A stretch of DNA of 64,000 nt, from the NCBI GenBank assembly GCA_951406725.2, contig OX597815.1, positions 21,328,001 to 21,392,000 on the forward strand, written 5' to 3'. The number at the start of each line of letters is the position of its first letter. The stretch's first letter is position 1. A program made the position numbers and the translations under genes. The notes below the pieces were generated by a model. That model was not told the origin of the DNA, made no database searches, and worked only from the letters and a program-made list of their open reading frames with translations. The stretch is from Octopus vulgaris (taxonomy: Eukaryota). Positions 13,091-26,110 of this stretch are shown one piece after another.

Positions 13091-13818
13091 ATATATGTAT
13101 GCTATTAAGGTTCTCATTTTGTTAAATGAATAAATAATCCAACATTCTAATATCCGAAAGTTGATGAACCAACTAAATTGTTTCTCCATTTTCTTATTTG
13201 TATTATAAATTAACGGTAAAATATTTCTTTACCTTCACCCGTTTAATACAATAAATAATTTTATTGCATTGCAATTAAAAACATTTATGTATTAAGAATT
13301 TGGGTACTTTACCAACAGTATATTGGATAAATACTATCCCTTAGTGGGTTGCACCCATAGCCCCCAACTCACTTTGTGTTATATATATATATATATATTG
13401 GATGGATGGATTTTTGCTTGCTTGCTTATTTGGTGTTTACTTTTATTTATGTTATCAAGCCTGAAAGGATGAAAAACAAGGTTGGCATCTTCCATGCAAG
13501 AATGGAAAAGTAGATGTTAGGTGATGGTGATGTTGAAGGAGATTACATTATTATATATTCCTTTACTACCCACAAGGGGCTAAACACAGAGGGGACAAAC
13601 AAGGACAGACAAACGGATTAAGTCGATTATATCGACCCCAGTGCGTAACTGATACTTAATTTATCAACCCCAAAAGGATGAAAGGCAAAGTCGACCTTGG
13701 CGGAATTTGAACTCAGAATGTAACAGCAGACGAAATACGGCTATGCATTTCGCCTGGCATGTTAATGTTTCTACCAGCTCGCCGCCTATATGGAGATTAA
13801 CTTATTATATCTGAGTTG

Positions 13819-14203
13819 GGAGGCGCAATGGCCCAGTGGTTAGGGCAGCGGACTCGCAGTCGTAGGATCGCAGTTTCGATTCCCAGACCGGGCGTTGTGA
13901 GTGTTTATTGAGCGAAAACACCTAAACGCTCCACGAGGCTCCGGCAGGGGATGGTGGTGATCCCTGCTGTACTCTTTCACCACAACTTTCTCTCACTCTT
14001 ACTTCCTGTTTCTGTTGTACCTGTATTTCAAGGGGCCGGCCTTGTCATTCTCTGTGTCATGCTGAATATCCCCAAGAACTACGTTAAGGGTGCACGTGTC
14101 TGTGGAGTGCTCAGCCACTTACACGTTAATTTCATGAGCAGGCTGTTCCGTTGATTTGGATCAACCGGAACCCTCGTCGTCGTAACCGACGGAGTGCTTC
14201 CAC
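13819..14203 (+). mobile_element. Full-length tRNA-derived SINE (family D)
   Basis: A box tggcccagtgg, B box gtttcgattccc; 12-bp TSD ATATCTGAGTTG (13807-13818, 14204-14215). Confidence 0.9.
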
Positions 14204-15551
14204 ATATCTGAGTTGAAAATGTATTTGAATTCTCTGTTCGTAAAGGCACTGTACATCTGGTATAGGGTGTGTAATATGACACCTTTAGGTAGAAGAGGAA
14301 GGAAGTATGTAGTGTAGGTGTCTTCTACGCAGGAATGTTGATGATTACATAGGAGTGACAGCAAGAAGGTCATGCACTGTTCAGAAGGAAAAGCGTGGGT
14401 GATATAACCAAATCTTGAGGTGCGCTAGAATTGGTAGAATGAGGGCCTGATTAGTGCCATAAGTGCCCGAAAGGAAACATCCAATGACAGTAGAATGAAT
14501 GAAATGGTGGAACTGTGGAATAATATCACCACCACTTCTTTTACCTGAATAGTAGAAGTGAGGTGTTTAATCCTTGCCCACATGAAAGGAAGTACATTCT
14601 ATCATAATAATAATAAAACATTGTGTACAGTGCTCAGGTGCACTACAACTCATCTAAAGTGTATGTATAGTGTCCCACCATGACTGCCACCACTGTAGTA
14701 ATGAAATTTTAGTCCATGCCCAAATAAACAATAGTACCTTAATGTGTATATAATTTTATGTATGTATGTATGTATGTATGTATGTATGTATGTATGTATG
14801 TATGTATGTATGTATGTATGTATGTATGTGTACATACATGCATACACACACACACACACACATGTCTGTAAACCAACATACAAGCTTCTATGAGGTCACT
14901 TAATTTAGAAGAAATAGCAACTAAATTTCTTTCAAATCACTTTTGACCTGTTTTACAAAATACACCTTAATTTCCCTTCAATTGTGTCACACGTTTCTGG
15001 TTATACTTATGAAATAGCTGTTTACTGTTCTTGGAGATTGGTACATGATAAAATCAGAACCTTTGAGATAGTGTTCATTTAAACAAGTTTAGTAAGATAA
15101 AAGTTAAGAACAAAGATTATATCATCTTACGAATATCACAACATTAATTGTTACAAGTAATCTTAAATATTTTGCTTTATTATTTTTCTCTTTTTTCAAT
15201 TTCCTTTCCTTGTAAATTTTAATATTTTTCTGTTGCAAATCATATATCACTTGTACTTACTCAACAAATGTTTATTTTTAGGTTATTTTTACATAAATAC
15301 TTTGACTTTGATGTGTGTGTGTGGGTGTGATTATCTTATTGTAGCTTAAGAATGAAGAAATATCTATAAATAAAATATTTGAAGCTATATATATATATGT
15401 ACAGCCTCAGCCAAAAGTATTAGGCCACCCCAATGTTTTGGGGTTCTGCTATTTCAATGTTAATGAAACTTATACACATGGTAGATTATGGTATATTTTG
15501 CAATATACATTAGGTTTAATATCTGGTTGACCCTCCTTTAGCATCAATTAC

Positions 15552-15953
15552 AACAAAGAGAGAAGAGCAGAGACTGGTAACGGCTCAAAGAGCCATGGAA
15601 AGGTCAATGTTTGGTATCTCATTGAGAGAGCACATCAGTAGCAAGATCATCAGAAAGAAGTCCAGTGTGTGAGGGATGTCATCGCAGAGTATACACGCAG
15701 CAAGTTTAGATGGGCTGGACATGTCGCTCGGCGCACCAATAATCGGTGGACCCGCGCAGTTGTCGAGTGGTACCCGCGTGAGTGGAAACGACCACCCGGA
15801 AGGCCTCCACGACAGTGGAGTTACGATTTCAAGAGGACGATTGGGATTACATGGATGAGAAAGGCGCAATCCAGAGAGGAGTAGACAGCGTGCTGTGACC
15901 AACGGTGTCAAATGGACACCCGACAGACTGGTCGGTCAAGGTGATCAAGGTGA
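15552..15953 (+). mobile_element. RTE-clade LINE 3' fragment inside the Tc1
   Basis: KFRWAGHVARRTNNRWTRAVVEWYPREWKRPPGRPPRQW; tail tcaaggtga x2. Confidence 0.85.
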
Positions 15954-16056
15954 CATAGGCAACCAATTATGAGTAAGACCAAAGCTAACTTGTTTCCTTG
16001 ATTATTTCAGAGTTTTATGCTAAAATACGTTGTAGATACAGTTAATAAACAGTAAA

Positions 16057-17177
16057 ATGCCTAAAACAAAGGAGTTGAGTGAGGCTAAATCGTAGCTCAT
16101 TATAAAGATGAAATGTCTCAAAGGCAAATTGCTCAGAAGATGAAATGTTTTCGATGTACAGTGCAAACGACTCTCAAGCACTTCAGAGTGACAAAAGATG
16201 TGAAGACAATACAAAGAACAGGTACAAAAGAGTTACAGCACCTCGTGATGACAGATCCATTATCCATCAGTCACTTAGAAACAGGAGATAATCATTGGAG
16301 CTCTGTGCAGACTTCAATGATGCAAGTACTTCACAAATATCAACCAGAACTGTTAGAAGAAGGCTTGTAGAGTAGGGTCTGAAAGGTTGTAAAGCTGAGA
16401 AGAAGCCATGGGTTTCTGAAGTAAATATGGAAAAACATCTTCAGTGGGCCAAAAACAACTCAAATTGGACCCATGAGCAATGGTCGAAAGTCATATGGTC
16501 TGATGAAAGTAACTATGAGGCAAGATAATACGTGTATTCAATCAACATGTAAACTTAATGCAACTAGGTTGTTGCCCAAAACATATAAAAAAAGTATCCA
16601 ACATAAAGCTAATAAGTTTTTACTTGGGTTTTGGGGATATCTGGTGCAACTTTCATGCATCGCAGAATTGGGGAAGCATTTAAAGCTGAATGTCTGGTAC
16701 CAACCATAAAACATGGGGGTGGTTCTACCATGGCCTGCATATCTGCCACAGAACCCGAAGAAATGTTTTTATGTCAGGGAAGGATGAATTCAGCTACCTA
16801 TGTTTCTATATTATCAGATATTTTAGAGCCATCAATTGGTAAATTGCATCCAGGGGTGTCGAAAAACAGTATTATCTTTCAACAGGACAGCGCTCCATGT
16901 CATACAGCAAAGAATACTCATCAGTGGTTTGAGACTCAGGGTATTGTCCCCAAGGACTGGCCAGCTCAAAGTCCCAATCTAAATCTGATCGAACACCTAT
17001 GGGGAACTCTTGGTTAAGCTATCAGGAACACAACAATTGAAAATAAAGAGCATTTGTACCAAAAGTTGAGAGAAGAATGGAGTAAAATTGCACCTATCAC
17101 CTGCAAGAAACTAGTTGATTCAATGCCTAACCATATAAAAGTGGTAATTAATGCTAAAGGAGGGTCAACCAGATATT
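16057..17177 (+). pseudogene. Tc1 (DD34E-type) transposase pseudogene
   Basis: Starts MPKTKELSE; several stops and frameshifts; ORF 16631-17017 carries the second D and the E motifs. Confidence 0.88.
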
Positions 17178-17458
17178 CCTAAAGCTCCACGAGGCTCCGG
17201 CAGGGATGGTGGTGATCCCTGCTGTACTCTTTCACCACAACTTTCTCTCACTCTTACTTCCTGTTTCTGTTGTACCTGTATTTCAAAGGGCCAGCCTTGT
17301 CACTCTCTGTGTCACGCTGAATATCGCCGAGAACTACGTTAAGGGTACACGTGTCTGTGGAGTGCTCAGCCACTTACACTTTAATTTCACGAGCAGGCTG
17401 TTCCATTGATCGGATCAACCGGAACCCTCGTCATCGTAACCGACGGAGTGCTTCCATC
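17178..17458 (+). mobile_element. 5'-truncated family D SINE inserted at the Tc1 transposase stop codon
   Basis: 12-bp TSD CAACCAGATATT (17166-17177, 17459-17470); body matches 13920-14203. Confidence 0.9.
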
Positions 17459-19566
17459 CAACCAGATATTAAAACTAATGTATATTGTGAAATATACCAT
17501 AATCTACTATGTGCACGAGTTCCATTAACACTGAGATAGCAAAACCTCAAAACATTGGGGTGACCTAATACTTTTGGCCAAGGCTATATATATATGTGAG
17601 TGTGTACATACATAAGTACATATACTGACACACCCACCTGTGTGTGTGTGTATAGGTGTGTTGTTTATTTAAGTTGAGTTACTTTCTTTTGAATCATGTT
17701 TCATGCCACATTGATTGTCAGATATAAAACATGAGTCATAAGAAAAGAAATGTTTCAATAAGCCGTATATTCTATAACCTGTATTGAGTTCTCTCTTTAT
17801 CATTCACTCAACAAAACTCAACATTTGAATACACCATATAAGTAAATAAATAAGCCATTCCGTCTGACTGTCTTTCTTTCTGTACATATGCATGTTTGTA
17901 CATACATGTGTATGTATGCATGTATGTATATATGTATGTGTGTATGTTTCTCTTCTCTTTTTAATCATTTATTTTCTATGAAGAAAGGGCTGGTTTCTAA
18001 CAAAGATATAAATCTCCATCATTGGAATGTGGATAACGAAGACAATGTCACATTTTAAATCTGAGAAAAGTCTAGTATATTTATACTGTTCCGCTTCCTG
18101 ATTGTATTTGTAATGTGTAAATCAATTGGTCGATTTCTTTTTCTGAAAATCCAAGCTTATCCAGACTGACAGTTTGGCATTTACTTAGAAAACTAAGTGC
18201 TCCAATTATTATTGGTATAAATGTGGATTTGTTATGTATGTATGTATATATGTATGTACGTATGTATGTGTGTGTGTGTGTGTGTGTGTATTTTTATTTT
18301 ATTTTTTTATTTTATCTAGTTTCAGCTCACAAGCTGTGGCCATGCTGGGGCACCGCCATTGTATGTATGTCAGGTCACTTTCGAGTGCTGCTGGTAACAT
18401 GTAACCCAGTACAACCTGTTGCATGGTCGGGTCATCAGCGACTAAACCGGCAACCCCACCAAGCTTGCTTGGTGAGGAGGGTGTTTATTGGACACCCTGC
18501 GGGATGAAAAACAAAACCCGTCAAAGGGCAGAGGAACTCTTGAGAGTCAACGGCCATCTAATAAATGTCTTAAGGCTGTATCATGCGTGAGGACATAGAA
18601 ATAATCGGACTGAATACCCGATCGCGTGGTTAAACCATTGGGAGTGAAGGACTCCTAGCCCTTATTAGGGCATCCTTCTAGGAGAAGGTAACTGGGATAA
18701 CTCTGACATAAAACCTGCGGCTCAGTGGTTACTGATGATGTTGACTTGTTCTTCTTTTCGGATTATGGCTGCTGTTGCTTAGTGAGTGGGATTGACTCAG
18801 TGCACAGCCTTTCCTCACTTTAAAAAAATCTTCTTGCACAGGCATTGCACAATAACAACATTGATTAAGCTTCGTGCAATAGCCATACTCGATAATGAGG
18901 GGGCAGCCACCATGTATGTACATATGCATACATGCATGCATGTATGTATGTATGTATGCATGCATGTGTTGTAGTTGTTGTTGTTCTTTAATCCCAGGTC
19001 AACCCTAACTGGCAAAACCTGTAACCATAACATCTTAAAAATGGTGTATAAGATTGCATTATCCAATACACGTTTTCTTTTAAGACAGTAAAGAGTGATG
19101 CCAGAGAGATTTCATTACTATTTCTTGCAAATCAAACAGCCACATAGAGGTTCTTTTGTTGGCATAAGAAGCCTGTCTCCCAACCACATGGTTCTGGGTT
19201 CAGTCTCACTGTGTAGCACCTTGGGCAAGTATCTTCTACCATAGCCATGGACTGACCAAAGCCTTGTGAGTGGATTTGGTAGACGGAAACTGGAAGAAGC
19301 CCATCATATAAATATATATATTTATATGTGTGTGTGTATGACTTTGTATCTGTGTATGTACCCTACCACCGGCTGACAACTGGTGTTGGTGTGTTTATGT
19401 CCATGTAACTTAGCAGTTCGTCGAAAGAAACCAATAAAATAAGTACCAGGCTTGGAAAAAATTACTACTGGGATTGATTCATTCCACTAAAAAAAAATCC
19501 TTCAAGGTGTTGCCCCAGTATGGCCACAGACTAATTACTGAAACAAGTAAAAGATAAAAGATAATT

Positions 19567-19718
19567 GGCTGTGTGGTAAGTAGTTTGCTAACCAACCACA
19601 TGGTTCCAGGTTCAGTCCCACTGTGTGGCATCTTGGGCAAGTGTCTTCTGCTATAGCCCCGGGCCGACCAATGCCTTGTGAGTGGATTTGGTAGGCGGAA
19701 ACTGAAAGAAGCCTGTCG

Positions 19719-19765
<47 letters not shown>

Positions 19766-19972
19766 TTGTGTGTTTGTGTTTGTCCCTTAGTATTGCTTGA
19801 CAACTGATGCTGGTGTGTTTACATCCCCATCACTTAGCGGTTCGGCAAAAGAGACCGATGAATAAGTACTGGGCTTACAAAGAATAAGTCCCGGGGTCGA
19901 TTTGCTCGACTAAAGGCGGTGCTCCAGCATGGCTGCAGTCAAATGACTGAAACAAGTAAAAGAGTAAAGAGT
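19567..19972 (+). mobile_element. Near full-length SINE family A with an internal (TA)n(TG)n tract
   Basis: tRNA-like head, gtggcatcttgggcaagtgtctt core, tail tgactgaaacaagtaaaagag. Further copies at 19165-19560, 40968-41580, 49498-49903(-), 52247-52685(-), 58899-59290, 61083-61477(-). Confidence 0.88.
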
Positions 19973-20604
19973 ATACATACATGTGGGGGGTGCGTGGGTG
20001 TGTGGGTGTGTGTGCGTGTGTATGTGTGTGTGATTATACAGACATTTTTTGTATATTTTAGTTATGATGTATATGATTCATGTCTAACCAAACAAGTTCC
20101 TATGTTTGTCACAGAGTAAACAGAATTACTTACACATGCTTAAAGCTTCACATTCTTACAAACTTATTTACCTTTCCATTCATTCTGGCCACTCCTCTAA
20201 ATCACTTATCTTATATTCAACTTCCTGTAACCTCAAGGTATATGTCCTAACACCTCTTCACTACCATCTTCTTTCTTTTCCAACTGGAGTGACCATGTGT
20301 CTCCTCTATACCAAGACACCTGTTCCCGTTAACTTTATTATACTTTAATCCCTCATCGCTTGGCTAAAAAGGCCCACTCCTTCAATATTACTGCCACTTC
20401 AGTTGGAGTGTCTTACTTCGTGACTTCACTGGTGCCATGCCACATGGTACACTCTATAAAGAGTATGTAGGTGTGCATGTGTGTGTGGGGGGGGTCATCC
20501 AGTTGTAGAAACCATAGCAACATGGACAACTAATGGTGTTAGTGATAATACATACATGCACACACACACACACACACATATATATAAAGGTATATATTTA
20601 TCTC

Positions 20605-20811
20605 TGCTGTTTATATCATCATCATCATCATCATCATTTAACGTCCGCTTTCCATGCTAGCATGGGTTGGACGGTTCAACTGGGGTCTGGGGAGCCCGAC
20701 TGGCCTGGTGCAACCTTCGGGCTCCCCAGACCCCAGTTGAACCGTCCAACCCATGCTAGCATGGAAAGCGGACGTTAAATGATGATAATGATGATGATGA
20801 TATAAACAGCA
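20605..20811. repeat. Near-perfect palindrome built from a family C 3' end
   Basis: Arms 20605-20699 and 20717-20811, 17-nt loop. Confidence 0.9.
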
Positions 20812-20818
20812 AAATGTC

Positions 20819-20859
<41 letters not shown>

Positions 20860-21185
20860 CCTTTATACAAATCCACAATTTTTCAGTTAGAGGGCTCGCA
20901 CTTTTTATGGTCATTCAAAACCGTCCAAGGGTGGTTGTGCACATCTTTACATTTCCCCAGTCACCCCGCAAAGCCATTAAAAAATCAATAGAAGTGACTT
21001 TTTTGTGAATTTTCTATCCAAAACCCCAATCAAAATGCCCGAAACTTGATATGCCAATTGAATGCCAGCTAGCTGTATGTGACTGGTTGGAGATTTGGAC
21101 AGTACTCGCGTGTATGTGTGCACACATGCAGCTGTATGTGCATGCACTAACACTACGACCCGGCATTGCTGGGTCATAATGCTAG
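20800..21185 (+). mobile_element. Short non-autonomous Helitron
   Basis: 5' tataaacagcaaaatgtctgtctg(tg)n; 3' hairpin gacccggcattgctgggtc then CTAG|T at 21182-21185. Confidence 0.75.
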
Positions 21186-21571
21186 TATAATATATGCATT
21201 CAGAACACTAAACCTTATGACGACGACAGGGGACTGAGATATATGGTGCATTGCTGTACTTGAGAAGACCCACCCACCACGACAGAATTGAGATCCTAAA
21301 ATCAAGGTACCACATAAAAAGCAGTGGTGCTGGTGTCACTCAAAAAGCACTGGTGATGGTACTACATAAAAAGCACCGAGCATACTCTGTAGAGTGGTTG
21401 GCATTAGGAAGGGCATCCAGCCATAGAAACCAAATCAAAATAGACTATGGAACCTGGTGCAGCCTCTGGCCTTTCCAGCTCCTGTCAAGACATATAACCC
21501 ACGCCATCATGGAAAATGAATGTTAAATGTTGATGATAATGATATATGTATGAATATATATCCACATTTAG

Positions 21572-21572
<1 letters not shown>

Positions 21573-21655
<83 letters not shown>

Positions 21656-21656
21656 C
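21573..21656. repeat. (CT)n microsatellite, one of many
   Basis: Simple repeat seen directly; others include (TATG)n 14758-14828, (TA)n 30440-30567 and 31901-31942, and (CA)n/(TG)n tracts. Confidence 0.95.
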
Positions 21657-22064
21657 CTTTGTTGCTTTTCTGTACATGCAGAGTGAAAATAAAATTACTC
21701 CCACGTTTGAAATCAAAAATAGAAGAAAAGCAACTTGAAATCAAAAGGAAAAAGAATAAGAAATCAAGCAATAAATCAGTTCTTTTATAGTTTGTATAAC
21801 AATTTTTATGCTTATTCATAGGTATATGCTTTTTTTCTATTTTTAGTGTCAAACAAAGAAGGTTTGCTTTATTTATACACTTTATGTGATATATATATTT
21901 TATTATGTTCCATTCTATTAAGTAGAGGATTGCCTGTACAATGGGTGCTGAAATATGTGGGCTTTTTGTTACAATATTTATGGTGAAATATACTGAGTTC
22001 GTTTCAAATAGTTTTGAAAACAAGGAAGAGTTTTATAAAATATGACTTTTTCCGATACTTTCTA

Positions 22065-22381
22065 CAAGGGTAGGCTGAAAAGTTCACTGGCTGACTGAGA
22101 AGGAGTCATCATACAGTAATTAAACTTGACATTCATTAAATTCAACCTTTACTGATGCTAACTGCATTTGTTTCTTTCCAGATAAACCCACATTAGATAC
22201 AGAATTGAAGACTAAAAATTGAAAAGTGATACTAGAGAAATTTCATGAAAATGGATAAAATTTGGCACTGTGGTGTTATCAAATATCTGCAGAAAAAGGG
22301 GTTAGCCCCAAGGACATTCATGCTGACATGGTTGCTACATTAGGGGATGATGCTCCAGCTTTATCAACTGTGCAAACATGG
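22065..22381 (+). mobile_element. Mariner transposon 5' fragment
   Basis: TA + caagggtaggctgaaaagttc TIR; N-terminal HTH peptide MDKIWHCGVIKYLQKKGLAP/KDIHADMVATLGDDAPALSTVQTW (one frameshift). Confidence 0.8.
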
Positions 22382-23659
22382 GTGAGAATGGACATTGCTC
22401 CTAGTCTTCAATATAATAAAGAGTTCAGAGAGTTTTATTAAATAACTTTAACATGGGAAATTGATATATTATATTGACTTTGACTGAAATTGCATCAAGT
22501 CATTCAATGTTATAAGCAGATTTTGACTGAGTTTTGGTCTCAGGTGACTTGACTTGATGTTAAAAAGATTAAATGTTTTTCAATATTTCTTTTGCTCCAA
22601 ATTTTACGAGCTGGCAGAATCATTGGCACACTGGAAAAACTGCTTAGCAGCTTTTTGTCTTTCTTCACGTTCTGAGTTCAAATTCCACCAAGGTCAACTT
22701 TGGCTTTCATCCTTTCAGGGTCAATAAAATAAGTGCCAGTTGTAGATTGGAGGGGGTCAATGAATTCAACTTACCCCCTCCCCCGAAATTGCTGGCCTTG
22801 AGCCAAAGTTTGAAACCAGTATTTCTTTTGCTCCCTCTTTGTTTCAAGTTCAAATCCTACCAGTGTTAACATTGATACCCACCCCAAATAAAGAAGTACC
22901 AGCACTGTACTTCAGTCAATTTACTCAACTATACTCCATCCCCAACAAATTTGTACCCATTGTCATTTTAACTCAATAATGCTTATAGCCCATGGTTTTG
23001 TTGCTTCAAATACTATGAGCTTAAGGGAAGAAAACTATCAAATTGAAATCTTGGACAAGCTCAAAGGATTCTTCACACATGAACATTAATGTGACTAATT
23101 GGAAAAGTCATCAAGGTATCAGATAAAATGCCTTTCAGTGTTTGCTGCATCTGTCTAGGCTCTAAGTTCAAATCCCACCAAAGTCAACGTTGCTTTTTAT
23201 CCTTTTGTGGTTGTTAAATAAAGTACTACTCCAGAGTAGCTGATTGGTAGAATTGTTAGAATAATAGACAAGATGTCTTGTTAGTATTTGTTCTGGCACT
23301 TTGAGTTCTGAGTTCAATTTTACCCAGGGACTCAAATGCCACAAATAGCAAAAACTGCTCACCCAAGCATAGGACCTTGATTGACTATGAAAGCTGCAAT
23401 AAGTGAGAAGTGTTATGATTGTCTGTCATTGCAGTCAAACAATTATATATATATATATATATAATGTTCATTGCAACATTTTAGTCATGCTTTTAGTTTC
23501 CCCATTAGCTATTTTCTTGAATATTCATAATTTGGGTGTTATGTAGTCTAGTGGTAAGTGTGTCAAGGTTGTGAGTTTGATTTTTGGGCCAGACAGCATG
23601 TTTGTGTCCCCGAGCAAGGTAATTCATTTTAAATGACTTCAGTACACTCAATTAAAAAA

Positions 23660-23925
23660 GAATAAGAGTTGCTGAAGCATGGAACAAACTGCCAGCATCA
23701 GCTGTTAGTTGTCGGAGCACTGCATCCTTCAAAACTTCCATGCTTCCTGAGATTCACCAACACTACACCTGGTTTTCTCCCCTCCATACACACGCAAGCA
23801 TGTACCTGACTCATACACTGTTCGCTTTCCAAACATTTGTACATTACTGCATATACTTTATATGCACTTTTTGACAAGTTGTGGTGCACCTGAGCACTGT
23901 ATACAATAATTTCATTATCATTATA
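23660..23925 (+). mobile_element. CR1 LINE 3' end
   Basis: RVAEAWNKLPASAV plus the 3' UTR shared with the 4736-4975 copy. Confidence 0.85.
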
Positions 23926-24724
23926 TTATTAACCCTGTGGCGGACTATCATCTTGTTCAAGGTGTAGTCTTGTGACCACAGGTTTTTAAATACCTCAGAA
24001 AATGACCAAATGAGACAGTTAAATTAATCTTGACTTGAAATAGACTTGCTTGAGATAAACTATGTTCTTTCTCATCAGAAACAAGTGTTTCAACATTTTA
24101 TTTGATAACAAAGTATGTTTGTTTCTTCCATAATTAAAACTAAAAATATTTTCTTACTAATCTCTGATAATCTATGGAATTCGTTATCAGAAAATGAGCA
24201 ATATACTTTATATCTATCTCAACACTACCTACATACACACCATCATATTGATATACATTAAGTAGCAAGCACACACACACACTAACATTAACTCATGAAC
24301 GTTTTCACCTAATATTCACACAAACTTGTTTATATATGCACATGGCCACATAAACACACAATGACGTGTATTCAGTTGTCTGATCAACTGAATTACCAAC
24401 TTATTGAATTAGCATATTAGTGGGTGAGTATTCCAGGCATGCACCCTCTCAATATAATCCACAAGCTGAATCAGTAACATAGCTGTACCTTTCAATCACA
24501 GGAAAGTTTCTGCACAGTTTCCAGTTTGCTCAGTTTCACTCACAAGGCTTGAGTTGACCCAAGGAGTTAGTAAAAGATGCCACACAGAGGGATGGAGTCT
24601 AAAACTTAAAGACAGAACTTTAACTGGCCATACTCTGTCCACATACACATACACATATGTTTGTATATTCTACATACTTGCTTAACCACACACACACACA
24701 CATAAACACATATGGTTACTCATC

Positions 24725-24910
24725 ATTCATCATCATTGTTCGACCGTGGTCGAGACAATGGAATTTACTATGTTACGCCAGACTTCATGGTCCATCATAG
24801 CATTACGGAGGTCCTGTTGCTGGATGCCTGTATCCCTGGAGATTACATCAGGGTAGGAAAGTGTGCACCCTCTGGTATTGCGAGTAAGCTTCTTTGATAA
24901 CGTCCAGGTT
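24725..24910 (-). mobile_element. RTE/RTEX-type LINE 3' fragment
   Basis: Minus strand translates TLSYPDVISRDTGIQQQDLRNAMMDHEVWRNIVNSIVSTTVEQ* with a (TGA)n tail. Confidence 0.65.
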
Positions 24911-24936
24911 TCTCACAGACACACATACTTGTTTAT

Positions 24937-25407
24937 GTACTTTATTTAACAACCACAAAAGGATAAAAAGCAATGTTGACTTTGGTGGGATTTGAACTTA
25001 GAGCCTAGACAGATGCAACAAACACTGAAAGGTATTTTATCTGATACCTTGATGACTTTTCTAATTAGTCACATTAATGTTCATGTGTGAAGAATCCTTT
25101 GAGCTTGTCCAAGATTTCAATTTCATAGTTTTCTTCCCTTAGGCTCATAGTATTTGAAGCATTAATGAGTTAAAATGACAATGGGTCACAAATTTGTTGG
25201 GGATGGAGTATAGTTGAGTAAATTGACTGAAGTACATTGCTGGTACTTCTTTATTTGGGGTGGGTATCATTGTTAACACTGGTAGGATTTGAACTTGAAA
25301 CAAAGAAGGAGCAAAAGAAATACTGGTTTCAAACTTTGGCCCAAGGCCAGCAATTTTGAGGAAGGGGGTAAGTTGAATTCATTGACCCCAATCTACAACT
25401 GGCACTT
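24937..25407 (-). repeat. Inverted local duplicate of 22731-23226
   Basis: High identity by eye, with one deletion of about 22 bp and one of about 5 bp; includes unique sequence. Confidence 0.9.
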
Positions 25408-25689
25408 TATACACACAAACACATGTCCTTATTGTTTCCTAACTCACTTGAAGACACACATATATACAAGTACAGTTACGCACACTCATGCATGCCAAGA
25501 AAATATTATTTAACCTCACTTCCTTAAACAAAATTAACATACAACATTCACAATCACTCAAAAAAAATGCTATACCTCATTATCATGTACAATTTCTCCA
25601 GGCTAGTGTATCTCAATATAGCAAAAAGTACATCTCAAAGAATGGCACTTCTCTTCCAAGCCTGATAATATTACAGCTCCTGACAACTA

Positions 25690-26110
25690 CTCAACCTCTA
25701 TAAAGCTCAGGAAAGAACCATACTGAGTACTGCTCCCACATCTTGGATGCTGGGTGCTGCTACACAGACAGGAATCCTTGACAGCATCCACAGAAAGGTC
25801 ACTCAGCTGAGTAGTATAAAGTCACTCTCAAACTCAACTCCAACTGCTCACCCACAGATCTGCTATTTCCTCTCTGCTTTTTTCTGCCTGTACTCCAATA
25901 GCCTTTGTTCCTCAGAGCTGGTTTGTGTCACTTTCACACAGGCACTCATGTTTCACTCATCTGTCCTCCTCTCACCATACATGCTGAGCTCAATCTTTCA
26001 AGAATCCCACACTAAACCACTCTGTCAAGTCCTTCTTTATTTCTGTCTTCTCTAAAATTCCCTCCCTACAGATGTTTTTCTTTCAGTTATTTACTTTAAG
26101 TCAAATGTTA
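25690..26110 (+). mobile_element. Degenerate LINE ORF2 3' region (CR1/L2-group-like)
   Basis: Frameshifted LYKAQ...EYCSHI...ILDSIHRK motif. Similarly decayed endonuclease/RT remnants lie at about 32700-34200. Confidence 0.5.

Larger units (their letters stand above)
15402..17586 (+). mobile_element. Decayed Tc1-family DNA transposon with two nested retroposons
   Basis: TA-flanked TIRs of about 65 bp (cagcctcagccaaaagtattaggccacccc...); frameshifted transposase with VIWSDES, TIKHGGGS, IFQQDSAPCH, WPAQSPNLNLIEHLW and AKGGSTRY. Confidence 0.92.

Noticed and set aside
13819-13892. tRNA-like sequence with A and B boxes
   Set aside because: It is the head of a TSD-flanked SINE with other copies; there is no complete cloverleaf.
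21682-21790. Possible + strand terminal exon VKIKLLPRLKSKIEEKQLEIKRKKNKKSSNKSVLL*
   Set aside because: A-rich low-complexity sequence after a (CT)n tract; no upstream exons found and no CAAX cysteine.
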